DNA of 64,000 nucleotides from a virus: positions 1-64,000 of IMG/VR virus record IMGVR_UViG_3300037246_001555, one strand, 5' to 3'. This document shows, in pieces, positions 1 through 9,237 of the stretch (positions are counted from its first letter, which is position 1; each line of letters starts with the position of its first letter). Below the pieces are notes generated by a model. The model made no database searches, was not told where the DNA came from, and was given only the letters and a program-made list of their open reading frames with translations. Made by a program: the position numbers and the translations under genes.

Positions 1-2
1 CG

Positions 3-446
3 CCTAGCTCTCTGATCAACGACTACGCAGCATTCATTGAACTGCCGGTTAAGACAATCGTGACTGTTCGTAATCCTCTTGACAACATTGCTTCGTGGCT
101 TAGGGGTAACAAGGCCCGGCGTATGTACCTTGATCGCGCTGATCGAGGTGAGAAGCTGATACGCCGATATCGCCGCTTCTACAAGAACGCCGTGGATATT
201 CTAGAGCAGGTAGACGACTATAAAGTGGTTCAGCACGAAAGGTTAGTTGATTCGCCGTCCGAGGTGATTCAGGAACTCGCCGACTGGTTAGGGCTACCTC
301 ACAACCGTCCGTGGCGCAGACAGTCGGCTAAGCGTATTTGGTCTGAGCCTAGGGAACGCCGCCACGAAGTCACCTATTCCGAAACCGAGCTGGATGAGAT
401 ACGTAGGATAATCAATACTATTCCATTGCTGGAGTACTATCGTTAG
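3..446 (+). CDS. Sulfotransferase-family protein, 5'-truncated by window edge
   Basis: Frame is open from base 3. TVRNPLDNIAS resembles the 3'-phosphate-binding RxPxD..S motif, followed by the V.HERLV..P...I..L..WLGL pattern typical of sulfotransferases. Confidence 0.65.
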   Translation, partial: PSSLINDYAAFIELPVKTIVTVRNPLDNIASWLRGNKARRMYLDRADRGEKLIRRYRRFYKNAVDILEQVDDYKVVQHERLVDSPSEVIQELADWLGLPHNRPWRRQSAKRIWSEPRERRHEVTYSETELDEIRRIINTIPLLEYYR

Positions 447-458
447 GGGGGTGAGTAA

Positions 459-1322
459 ATGGATGATTTGTATTTGCTACACCCCGTCGTCGGACTAGAG
501 AGCGCAGGATACTTGAGCGGCTCTAGGGAAGGCCCAGCTAAACTAGAAGACACTCGTCTTACTCTAGTTCACCCCTTTTACAACGAACGCGATAGATTCA
601 ACCGCCAGGTTAAGGTTTGGGCCGGATGGTCTGACTATGTGCGCTCCCGGGTGAAGATCGTCTTGGTAGACGACGGGTCTCCTGACCCGCTCCACACTTA
701 CATCACTCCTGAGGTAGAGAAGACCCTATCAGGCCTCAACTTTTCTATTCATAGGATTCGTAAGAATCTGAAGTGGAATACCCCAGGCGCGCTCAATTTA
801 GGGTTGACTGTGGCAACCACAGACTGGGTTCTGATTATGGATTCTGACTGCTCGTTTGATAACGACAATATGGAACGGCTACTTAAAGCTGATCCTGAAG
901 AGGGCGCTATTTACAAGTTTCCCAGACAGCAAGTAGGTATCAAGTCAGAGGACCTCTCCAACCAGAGGTACTTGACTTGTGCAATGCTGTTCCATAGATC
1001 TATATTTCTTGACGCCATTGGCGGGTTTGATGAGGATTTCACTGGGGAGTATTCTGGAGGTTATGCTTACTTCGATGTTGACCTTGATGATCGAGTACGT
1101 CGATCCCGCGCCATTCCGATATTCATCTGGAATCACGTAACCATCACGTATTGGATGCCCTCAATATGCGGGCTTGTAGCCCGCTCAGATGCCGACGAGC
1201 GTGTGAACCGTAAGTTGTTCTATGCCAAGCGAGAGGCACGAAGAGAAGAGCTTCAAGTACGGAATCCTACGGCAATTCTCAGGTTCAGGCACTGGAGGTC
1301 ATATCATCATGAGCGCACCTAG
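459..1322 (+). CDS. Glycosyltransferase, GT-A fold (GT2/GT7-like)
   Basis: IVLVDDGS, ALNLGL, LIMDSD (DxD) and IGGFDEDF..Y..FDVD motifs. Confidence 0.8.
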   Translation: MDDLYLLHPVVGLESAGYLSGSREGPAKLEDTRLTLVHPFYNERDRFNRQVKVWAGWSDYVRSRVKIVLVDDGSPDPLHTYITPEVEKTLSGLNFSIHRIRKNLKWNTPGALNLGLTVATTDWVLIMDSDCSFDNDNMERLLKADPEEGAIYKFPRQQVGIKSEDLSNQRYLTCAMLFHRSIFLDAIGGFDEDFTGEYSGGYAYFDVDLDDRVRRSRAIPIFIWNHVTITYWMPSICGLVARSDADERVNRKLFYAKREARREELQVRNPTAILRFRHWRSYHHERT

Positions 1323-1947
1323 TATGACTCGCCTCGGGGAGCTGAACTACTCAGACCGGGTCGAGCATGGCTACACCTATCTCTATGACGAGATCTTTGC
1401 ACCATACAGATACAAGGACACTCGGGTCTTGGAGATCGGTTATGCTCGTGGGCGCGGGACGCGCATGCTGGCGGAGTTCTTTCCGCGGGGCACAGTCCAT
1501 TCGTTTGACATTGAGCCCAACATGCAGCACTACGGAAACCTGACCAAGGAGTTGAAGAAGCGTATCAAGCTGTATAAGGGCGACCAGAGTGACCCGGAGA
1601 GCATTCAAGCCGTACTTCAGCAGGTTTATGACGGACCTAAGAACGCGGCGAAGAGGGGTTATCGCCAATTTGATTTGATTATCGACGACGGTAGTCATAG
1701 GCCGGAACATCAGCAGATCTCATTTGAGAAGTTATGGCCGGAAGTAGTGGCGGGAGGTCTTTACATCATCGAGGACTTTCATCCGTTCTATAAGGAGGGC
1801 CAGCACAAGACGGTGAGTTGGCTTTTCGATATGGTCCACAAGTTGAACAAGTGGGGACATAAGACCGATAGTCCTGAACTGACTGATACGGACTGGATCA
1901 TGTTTTCATACAACCAGGCAATCCTGAGGAAGGCGCCCAGTGAATAA
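1309..1947 (+). CDS. Class I SAM-dependent O-methyltransferase
   Basis: VLEIGYARG, GDQSD, FDLIIDDGSH and GGLYIIED motifs. Start placed at ATG 1309 after GGAGG. Confidence 0.8.
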   Translation: MSAPSMTRLGELNYSDRVEHGYTYLYDEIFAPYRYKDTRVLEIGYARGRGTRMLAEFFPRGTVHSFDIEPNMQHYGNLTKELKKRIKLYKGDQSDPESIQAVLQQVYDGPKNAAKRGYRQFDLIIDDGSHRPEHQQISFEKLWPEVVAGGLYIIEDFHPFYKEGQHKTVSWLFDMVHKLNKWGHKTDSPELTDTDWIMFSYNQAILRKAPSE

Positions 1948-2566
1948 GCATCTCTTGATCATGGGCTTCAGTCGTACAGGTACAACGTTTCTAGTATCGT
2001 TCTACCACCGTTTGGGTTTTGGCACTGGATTTGCGGACGAGTTCATTGACCGCATACAGCATGAAGATAACCAAAGTCATGGGGGCGTTGAGTTCTTTAG
2101 AGAACCAAATCTTCCTGCTGGAATGGATTTTGCTAAGGTTGAAGTGATTAAGCATCCTCTAGGCTACGGCGAGCCTCTTCCTTGGGATATCAAACGTTTC
2201 AACGAACAGTACGGCCGACCCGCAGACATCACCTTTTCACATCGGATATTGACTCGCCGAGACCCTGACTCCAGAACCAAGAGCAGTATCCGTAGAGTTA
2301 GGCTGAAGGAGCAACGCACCGGTCAGCGCGTTAAGTTACCTGCTCGTCTAGACTACGGCGCTCAATTGGAATTCTATGAGGAGAACAATTCCAAACTGAT
2401 TGAGTGGATGGGGGATTGTATTGAGGTGGAGTTTCCTAGAAGCGTACGAGATTTTGACTATCTGTGGCTCCGGTTGTATCCAACTCTCCACGGTAGGGTA
2501 TCTCGTGAGAAGGCTGAAGAGGTGTGGCGGGCTCTAGCCAACGATAACTACGTGACTTATGAGTAG
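1940..2566 (+). CDS. Sulfotransferase-like P-loop protein
   Basis: N-terminal LLIMGFSRTGTT (5'-PSB loop), then VIKHP and LTRRDP. Confidence 0.6.
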   Translation: MNKHLLIMGFSRTGTTFLVSFYHRLGFGTGFADEFIDRIQHEDNQSHGGVEFFREPNLPAGMDFAKVEVIKHPLGYGEPLPWDIKRFNEQYGRPADITFSHRILTRRDPDSRTKSSIRRVRLKEQRTGQRVKLPARLDYGAQLEFYEENNSKLIEWMGDCIEVEFPRSVRDFDYLWLRLYPTLHGRVSREKAEEVWRALANDNYVTYE

Positions 2567-3371
2567 TGTAGTGGGCGTGATGTGGTGTCGGAACGAGGGA
2601 GATCTCTTGCCTCACACCATCCCGGCAGCCCTAAAGAAGGTAGACTGTCTCATGATTGCAGACGATGACTCTACGGATAATAGCTGGGATGTGATCAAGT
2701 CGTTTGACCGTCAGTTGGAATACAAGGTCCGTAGGGCAGACAAGATCTCGGACACAGACTATACTCCAAGGGTCTTCTCCAGGCAGCACCTGCTTGATGA
2801 GGTTCGTCGTAGATTTGGTACGAAGGATGTCTGGGTGCAAATCATCGAGAGTGATACTGCGTTGCTGGACACTGATGTTCGAGAGGTCATTAGCAAGTAT
2901 GCAGTCGATGATATCTCTGTACGCTGGCATATGATCAATGCGTGTCGCCGTGTGTGGACTCCGGAATATGATGTGCCTCGAATTCCAGCCGGCATGCCGT
3001 TGCATGAATACTTTGATGCAGCTCACTGGATGGAGCAGATCAGTAGCTACACTTTCCGCCCTCTCCCTGAACTTCACTACACTGAACGCTTCGTGCCTTG
3101 GCCTCGGGGATGGAGTCACTATCTGAAGTCTGACCCTCCGTGGAAGTTGGTGAAGCATGATGACTCTCCGTTGATTGTTCACTACGGTTATCGAAGTCCT
3201 ACTTTCTATAGCGAGAAGATAGGGCCTTCTGGGGGCACTCCGAAGAAGAATGTGAGGAGTACTGTGCCGTTCTTTAACGGGGCCTACAACAACCACCCGG
3301 TTGACACGTTCTCACCTATCTCTCGTGAGGGATGGAAGGCGTGGCTCAAGGCGCGGGAGGAGGACAAATGA
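2559..3371 (+). CDS. Glycosyltransferase family 2-like (GT2_4 type)
   Basis: MWCRNEGDLL, IADDDSTDNS, and a C-terminal IVHYGY motif. Confidence 0.75.
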   Translation: MSSVVGVMWCRNEGDLLPHTIPAALKKVDCLMIADDDSTDNSWDVIKSFDRQLEYKVRRADKISDTDYTPRVFSRQHLLDEVRRRFGTKDVWVQIIESDTALLDTDVREVISKYAVDDISVRWHMINACRRVWTPEYDVPRIPAGMPLHEYFDAAHWMEQISSYTFRPLPELHYTERFVPWPRGWSHYLKSDPPWKLVKHDDSPLIVHYGYRSPTFYSEKIGPSGGTPKKNVRSTVPFFNGAYNNHPVDTFSPISREGWKAWLKAREEDK

Positions 3372-3739
3372 GCAGGATACCTAATGTCAATACTCTTGCT
3401 GATCTGATTGATCGTTTGGTCGTGGAGGTCAATAAACTCTCTTTCTTCGAAAATCGAAAGCGTGAGGAGCAGGGTAAGGAGATGCCCAATGCAGATCTAG
3501 TGGCAGAGTACGATAACCTTAGTCGAGATTGTTGTGAGCTGAGGTCAGCTTTGAAGAACGAGATTAACGGCCTTGTTACAGAGATAGTGGAGAGCGGTGA
3601 GTACAAGGTAATGCGTGAGCCCAGAACGTTCCGTCCTTCTCCCACTAAGATTGCTGATGTGATAGCTGAGATGTGCATGGAGCGTGCCCGTAGTCTCCAC
3701 AATGGAGAGTTGGTGGCTGCGCTTGAGGGAGAGCTATGA
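3368..3739 (+). CDS. Small helical protein of unknown function (DUF4254-like)
   Basis: TLADLIDRL..E..KL and R..LKNEIN pattern seen in small proteins of glycosyltransferase clusters. ATG 3368 follows GGAGG. Confidence 0.45.
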   Translation: MSRIPNVNTLADLIDRLVVEVNKLSFFENRKREEQGKEMPNADLVAEYDNLSRDCCELRSALKNEINGLVTEIVESGEYKVMREPRTFRPSPTKIADVIAEMCMERARSLHNGELVAALEGEL

Positions 3740-4557
3740 TAACTGAGGTAATCCAATTTTCCAATGAACTAGACTTGCTTGAGGCTCATCTAGAGCATCA
3801 TCGTCCTTGGGGCTGGAGGACCGTGATTGCTGAGTCGGACAGAACCGTCATGGGAACGCCTAAGGCTCTCTATTTCGAGGCGAACAAGGAGAGGTTTGAG
3901 CGGTTTGACGTGGAGTATCTTCAGATTCCGGGGGACATCTTTAAGCCCGCAGCAGGTTATAGGCAGTTCAGGGACAACGATTGGTTGAAGGAGAGGTGGA
4001 TGCACGAGAACTTCGATCCTAAGAATCCTTGGTTGATCTATGCAGACACAGATGAGATCATTACTGAGCAGCCCGCAGATTTTGAGGATGTGGACTACGT
4101 CAGCTTCGTAATAGATGAACGCACAGCCCAAGTGAATCGGCGTACTAGACACTGGCCTGAGGTTTACAGGCTTCATCGTTCTGATATAACGGTAGAACAG
4201 TTAGTGAATCCCAGATTACTGAGACGTAAGTGTCTTGGTCGAGGTTGGCATTTCATGAATTGCCCTTCGCGTCCGGAGGATATGCTCATCAAGGCCCAGT
4301 GCCGTCACTGGTATTTCAATGTACCGCGCCCTGAGGATGCCCCCGGCGTTGAGCACTTTAGATCCCTGTTCGGTCAGGACGTGGATTACATCACAGGCAA
4401 GAAGATAGAGAATTCACAGGTGGTGACTACCAGAGAGCTACCTAGGTGGATGCAGCAGAATCTTCATCTATTTCCGGTAGCTGCGAATCCAGTACCAGAT
4501 ACCGATATTCCGGGTAGGATCAAGAAGAACATTGAGTTGTTCGGACAGGAGGACTGA
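3736..4557 (+). CDS. Glycosyltransferase family 17-like (GlcNAc transferase)
   Basis: FSNELDLLE, VIAES..T..G.PK..YF, YADTDEI and GWHF, characteristic of GT17. Confidence 0.75.
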   Translation: MITEVIQFSNELDLLEAHLEHHRPWGWRTVIAESDRTVMGTPKALYFEANKERFERFDVEYLQIPGDIFKPAAGYRQFRDNDWLKERWMHENFDPKNPWLIYADTDEIITEQPADFEDVDYVSFVIDERTAQVNRRTRHWPEVYRLHRSDITVEQLVNPRLLRRKCLGRGWHFMNCPSRPEDMLIKAQCRHWYFNVPRPEDAPGVEHFRSLFGQDVDYITGKKIENSQVVTTRELPRWMQQNLHLFPVAANPVPDTDIPGRIKKNIELFGQED

Positions 4558-5310
4558 ATGAAGTTCGCCCACCGCCGCAAGGTTCTTGTTACGGGCCCCC
4601 CGTCGTCAGGCACGACAGCCATGACCCTTCTCCTTCACGCCTTGGGTATTGACGGAGGATTCAACGCAGACGAACTTTCCAGTAAGCAGATAGCGGTCAA
4701 GGGGAAGGGGCTTGAGTACATCACCGGGACGACCAGACGCCAACTCAGACAAGACAGAAACTCCGGACAGGACAATTCGCCTCGCTTAATAAAGAAGCCC
4801 ATTGTTCCCGTACATGAGAACAACGCTAGCAATGGAGCGATCCTTGGCGGTGCGACTACCGTTCTGGATAGAGTTCAGAACTTCGGATGGGAGATTGAGC
4901 ATGTGGTTGTGACGGTGAGGAAGTTCGAAGACTTTCTTGAGGCTGCACGACTACATGACACTCACACCCGAAGCCGGGTGAGGCTCAAGTTCGCAGATAC
5001 CAGGGAGACGGAGCGTTGGGTGGGGTACGGCTTCTATAGGACTATACAGCAGCTAGAGGCTGATGAGACTCCCTACTCAGTCGTAGAGTACCCGAAGTTC
5101 AGTGCAAACGCGAGGTATTGCTTTGATAAATTACAGCCTATGTTGACCTGTTCATTTGAAGAGTTCGAACGGGTACATTTTGAACTAATGAGTCCGGACA
5201 AGGCGCATGTAGTGGACGGCAAGGTTAACTCAGCAACGTGGTGGGCCGACGCATCGGGACTAAGCGCCCAGTATGGTCGAGACGGATTATCCAGTAAGGA
5301 AGGTGATTGA
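4558..5310 (+). CDS. Sulfotransferase-like P-loop protein
   Basis: VLVTGPPSSGTT, LIKKP, VVVTVRK. Similar layout to ORF 1940-2566. Confidence 0.55.
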   Translation: MKFAHRRKVLVTGPPSSGTTAMTLLLHALGIDGGFNADELSSKQIAVKGKGLEYITGTTRRQLRQDRNSGQDNSPRLIKKPIVPVHENNASNGAILGGATTVLDRVQNFGWEIEHVVVTVRKFEDFLEAARLHDTHTRSRVRLKFADTRETERWVGYGFYRTIQQLEADETPYSVVEYPKFSANARYCFDKLQPMLTCSFEEFERVHFELMSPDKAHVVDGKVNSATWWADASGLSAQYGRDGLSSKEGD

Positions 5311-5311
5311 G

Positions 5312-6337
5312 ATGAAGGTACTTATTACTGGAGGCTGTGGCATGATAGGGTTCCATGCTGCGAAGTACTACATGGAACGAGGTCATCATGTTGATGTCAT
5401 GGACAACCTTGAGCGGTCGAAACTATTGGGGCATGAGGTGAGTATTCGTCGCGCTCATTTCAACAAGAATCTTTTGAATGATTGGGATGTGGGCGTCTCG
5501 GTCTATGATGTTTCCAAACGGGAGAGTTTTGACTGCTTGTCTGGTCATGATGTGATTATCCACATGGCAGGTCAATGCGGTGTGCCCACCAGCATCGAAA
5601 ATCCTCGTCGGGATTTTGAAGTGAACACTTTAGGCACCCTCAACGTGTTGGAGTATGCTAGGAAGTGTGGGGCTACGGTGGTGCTGGCCTCTACCAACAA
5701 GGTTTACCCGTTGCACGATGAGTTTAAGAAGGTTGGCGACCGATGGCAGTTCGACCAGACACCCTGGGCAGAGAACGGGTTCCCTGAGACTGCCTTCCTT
5801 ATAGGCGCGCGTACGCCTTACGGGAACAGTAAGTACATGGCCGATCTCCTATGCCAGGAGTACGCTCACACTTACGGTGTCCGAACGGGAGTATTCCGTA
5901 TGTCTTGCATATACGGCCCCAACCAGTTCGGCTTTGAGGAGCAAGGCTGGGCCACATGGTTCATCATTGCCACCTTGAAGGGCTGGCCGATTACGATCTA
6001 CGGCGATGGCGATCAGGTGAGGGATATGTTGTATGTAGAGGACGCCATTAAGGCGTATGACGCCTTTGTACAGTCAGATGTGTCTCATGGGGTGTGGAAC
6101 CTGGGCGGCGGCCCTAGTAACACCTTGACGTTGAAGGAGCATCTCGATTACGTAGAGGGGTTGACCGGAGCACGCTCTCCGGTGACGTACGAGGATTGGA
6201 GACCGCTGGACCAGAAATGTTACGTCAGCGACCTCTGGAGGATGGACCGCGATCTGAAATGGGCTCCCAAGGTAGACACCTTAGCAGGACTGAAGCTCAC
6301 TACAGACTGGGTATCTGAGAATCTGGATGTCTTCTGA
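5312..6337 (+). CDS. NAD-dependent NDP-sugar epimerase (CDP-paratose/tyvelose 2-epimerase-like)
   Basis: ITGGCGMIG Rossmann motif, STNKVY, YGNSK (YxxxK), RMSCIYGP.QFG.E.QGW. Confidence 0.85.
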   Translation: MKVLITGGCGMIGFHAAKYYMERGHHVDVMDNLERSKLLGHEVSIRRAHFNKNLLNDWDVGVSVYDVSKRESFDCLSGHDVIIHMAGQCGVPTSIENPRRDFEVNTLGTLNVLEYARKCGATVVLASTNKVYPLHDEFKKVGDRWQFDQTPWAENGFPETAFLIGARTPYGNSKYMADLLCQEYAHTYGVRTGVFRMSCIYGPNQFGFEEQGWATWFIIATLKGWPITIYGDGDQVRDMLYVEDAIKAYDAFVQSDVSHGVWNLGGGPSNTLTLKEHLDYVEGLTGARSPVTYEDWRPLDQKCYVSDLWRMDRDLKWAPKVDTLAGLKLTTDWVSENLDVF

Positions 6338-6927
6338 TGCGAGTAAGAGATGATGATGTATTTCTCATCGGTCATGGGTACGACACACCTGAGAAGGTAG
6401 TCGCTCGTTTCAAGGAAGTCCATATGGTCATTGCTGATGGGGGCGCTCTTCACGTCGCAGCTATTCTGTGCGGTACCCTCCCTCAGTACCCTACCGGGAT
6501 TGAGTTTTTGAAGGAAAGGATAGAGGCCGGTGAGTTGATTCCTGAGATTCACGGATGGGAGCACGTCAGTTATGGACCTCTGACGAAGCAGGAGATAGTG
6601 GATAACTTGAACCGGTGTATCACCACTATCAACGAGACATTCGATTATCAGCCCACGACGTTCTATACCCCGTGGGGTTCAGACAACGCTCACATCAGAG
6701 AAGCTGCGGATACAGTAGGACTGAAGATGGTAGACTGCTCAGAGGTGGTGTATCCGAAGCGGAAGTTCTTCGGGGGGAAGGCGTGGGAGGCCTATAGCCA
6801 CAACATCAGGCAAGAAACGAGTGAGCTGTTTATTCATTGGTGGGAGGATCGGTGGTTAAATCTAGATAGTCACAGCCTAGTTAAGACGTTGAGGACGGTG
6901 CGGGAGAACCGCAACGCTTTTATGTAA
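6337..6927 (+). CDS. Polysaccharide deacetylase-like (CE4/NodB) protein
   Basis: RDDD, EIHGWEH and FYTPW motifs. Confidence 0.7.
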   Translation: MRVRDDDVFLIGHGYDTPEKVVARFKEVHMVIADGGALHVAAILCGTLPQYPTGIEFLKERIEAGELIPEIHGWEHVSYGPLTKQEIVDNLNRCITTINETFDYQPTTFYTPWGSDNAHIREAADTVGLKMVDCSEVVYPKRKFFGGKAWEAYSHNIRQETSELFIHWWEDRWLNLDSHSLVKTLRTVRENRNAFM

Positions 6928-6940
6928 GGGGGCGATTGAG

Positions 6941-7888
6941 ATGAAGGTACTCATTACAGGAGTTCTGGGGGTCATTGGGAGCAAACTTGAAGAGGTTTTG
7001 AAGGCTCGCGGGCATGATGTGTTCGGAGTTGATCTCTTCCACACGAACAGGCCCTACGGACATGGATTAGGCCTGGTGGATAATGAAGACTATTTCCGCT
7101 GCGATATCAGTGAGTACCGACAGATAGAGCGGGTCATTGAGCATGTAGAGCCTCATGTGGTCTATAATTGCGCCGCTGAGTTTGGACGCTGGAATGGTGA
7201 GCACTTCTACGAGAAGGTTTGGACTTCCAACGTGATCGGCATGAAGCACATAATCCGGCTTCAAGAAAAGCACGGGTTCAAGCTCGTACACTGCTCTTCT
7301 TCGGAGGTCTATGGTGACTATTCAAATGTGATGTATGAGGATGTGTTGGAGCAAACGCCCATCATACAGATGAGCGATTACGCGATGAGTAAGAGAGTCA
7401 ACGAGATGCAGATCCATAACTCTCAGGAGCAGTTCAACACCTATACTGTAGTGGTTAGGTTCTTCAACACTTACGGCCCGGGGGAATGGTATCATCCTTT
7501 CCGGAGCGTGAACTGTGTGTTCACTTACAATCTCTTACACGGAAGGCCCATCACGGTCTTTAACGGTCATACACGCACTAGCACATATGTCTACGATAGC
7601 GCGAGAACCCTTGCGAACATCTTGGACAATTTCATTAGTGGTGAGACGTACAACATCGCCTCTAATCAGACGCATACTATTGAAGATCTGGCTGCTCTTT
7701 TGGTTAAATACACCAAAGCAGACCCCTCGTTAGTGGCGTATAAGGATCATGGAGAGGTTCTTACGACAAAGCACAAGTATGTTGACGTGTCAAAGTCCAT
7801 CGCCGACTTAGGCCACGAGGACACTGTTTCTCTTGAAGAGGGCGTACTTGCCACGGTTAAGTGGATGAAAGAGTACTACGCATGCTAG
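6941..7888 (+). CDS. NAD-dependent NDP-sugar epimerase/dehydratase
   Basis: ITGVLGVIG, SSSEVYGD, YAMSK, RFFNTYGPGE. Confidence 0.85.
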   Translation: MKVLITGVLGVIGSKLEEVLKARGHDVFGVDLFHTNRPYGHGLGLVDNEDYFRCDISEYRQIERVIEHVEPHVVYNCAAEFGRWNGEHFYEKVWTSNVIGMKHIIRLQEKHGFKLVHCSSSEVYGDYSNVMYEDVLEQTPIIQMSDYAMSKRVNEMQIHNSQEQFNTYTVVVRFFNTYGPGEWYHPFRSVNCVFTYNLLHGRPITVFNGHTRTSTYVYDSARTLANILDNFISGETYNIASNQTHTIEDLAALLVKYTKADPSLVAYKDHGEVLTTKHKYVDVSKSIADLGHEDTVSLEEGVLATVKWMKEYYAC

Positions 7889-8664
7889 CAAGACTCAACG
7901 CCCATAATCAGCGTGGGCGAGATAGCTTTGGAGTCAATTTCGAAGAATTGTAGAACGTGGTCTAAATCTAGCCCTTTCTGAGGGTTTGATCTTTTGGAGC
8001 GGGGCAATCTTAGTGCATTAGCGATGTTCTTCTCATGAATTATCTGTACCCACTTAGGTTCCTCGGTGAAGATGGTGTGCTTTCGGAGATCTGATCTGCC
8101 GTGTAGGAAGTCTAGTATGGTGGTTTCGGGGTGCTTGATGATATTGAATGGCGCTATATCCCAGGTATAACCCGCCCAGAAATCGGTAAACACTCGATAC
8201 TTGATTCCATGAGAGAATGTTATCTCCCCACCAAAATCTACAGCCTTAGCCGACTCAATGAAGTCTTTTGAGATAGCATCATCAGTGTCCAGATTAACGG
8301 AGTCTACCCCCCGTATCGCGGCCTCAATATCCCAAACCGCGGGTTTGATTTCAACCTTATCTAGCTTACTTAGTTCATCAAGGAACCACTTCGGACTACG
8401 AGGGTGTACGATGTTTACCCATCGAAAATCCTGATCGGTCTGTGCGAGGACGCTAGGGTGTGTGAAGGTTTTGAATAGCTTCAGCCTGTTAGTAAGCCAT
8501 GAGTCGTAGAACCTATATCTCCACATTTTTCGTTCGTAGTCCTCTCGCCGATCAGTGCTCATATATCGAAGGCTATGCTGATGGCAATTCCAGCGGGAGT
8601 ATACTATCACGGCTTTTGGAAAGTCCTGATACGGTCTACGTGAAATCCCGTCATCTCTTCCCAC
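7885..8664 (-). CDS. Putative glycosyltransferase (rhamnosyltransferase-like)
   Basis: RLKLFKTFTHPSVLAQTDQDFRW, NLDTDDAI, and W.QIIH..N motifs. Confidence 0.65.
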   Translation of the reverse strand: MGRDDGISRRPYQDFPKAVIVYSRWNCHQHSLRYMSTDRREDYERKMWRYRFYDSWLTNRLKLFKTFTHPSVLAQTDQDFRWVNIVHPRSPKWFLDELSKLDKVEIKPAVWDIEAAIRGVDSVNLDTDDAISKDFIESAKAVDFGGEITFSHGIKYRVFTDFWAGYTWDIAPFNIIKHPETTILDFLHGRSDLRKHTIFTEEPKWVQIIHEKNIANALRLPRSKRSNPQKGLDLDHVLQFFEIDSKAISPTLIMGVESC

Positions 8665-9227
8665 ACGCCCGCCGCGGTCTCCTCAACGGCGCGGTGACTG
8701 AAGTCTTGGTTGGTATCGTGGAATGCGATCCACCCTCCCGATTTCACCATAGGTGCCCACGTATTGAAGTCCTTCTTTACGGCCTCGTAGGTGTGATCGG
8801 CGTCAATGAACACGAAGTTGAACTTGCGGTCCTCTAGTTTCTTAGCCCACGTATCTGTGCTGCCTGGGCATAGTTCGATCCACTTATCTACATTGAACTT
8901 GTCCATCTGGTAGTGAGCATCTCGCTGCTTGGCGTTCGTAGGGAATAGATCTACTGAGTAGATCTTGGCGTTGAGACCGTTTTCTCGCACACAATCAGCC
9001 ATCAAAATAGCTGACCCTCCCCGAGAATGGCCCAGATTGGCGTAGTCGCCGTCACCATGCAGCGCGGGGACGTCGTGAATGAAGCGCATCTCCGCATCAC
9101 TCAAAAGTGCTACATGCTTCAGCCGAGTCCAGATACGGTTCTTGGACTCGTTCTGGTAGTCTCCCCCTGTGGGGTGCCTTCTTGGATTCAGCTCATGGCT
9201 TCTATGTGATCTGTCTTCAGTAACCAT
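8607..9227 (-). CDS. Class I SAM-dependent methyltransferase (Methyltransf_24-like)
   Basis: LGHSRGGSA, FVFIDADHTYEAV, GGWIAFHD. Confidence 0.8.
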   Translation of the reverse strand: MVTEDRSHRSHELNPRRHPTGGDYQNESKNRIWTRLKHVALLSDAEMRFIHDVPALHGDGDYANLGHSRGGSAILMADCVRENGLNAKIYSVDLFPTNAKQRDAHYQMDKFNVDKWIELCPGSTDTWAKKLEDRKFNFVFIDADHTYEAVKKDFNTWAPMVKSGGWIAFHDTNQDFSHRAVEETAAGVWEEMTGFHVDRIRTFQKP

Positions 9228-9237
9228 CGTAACCTCC

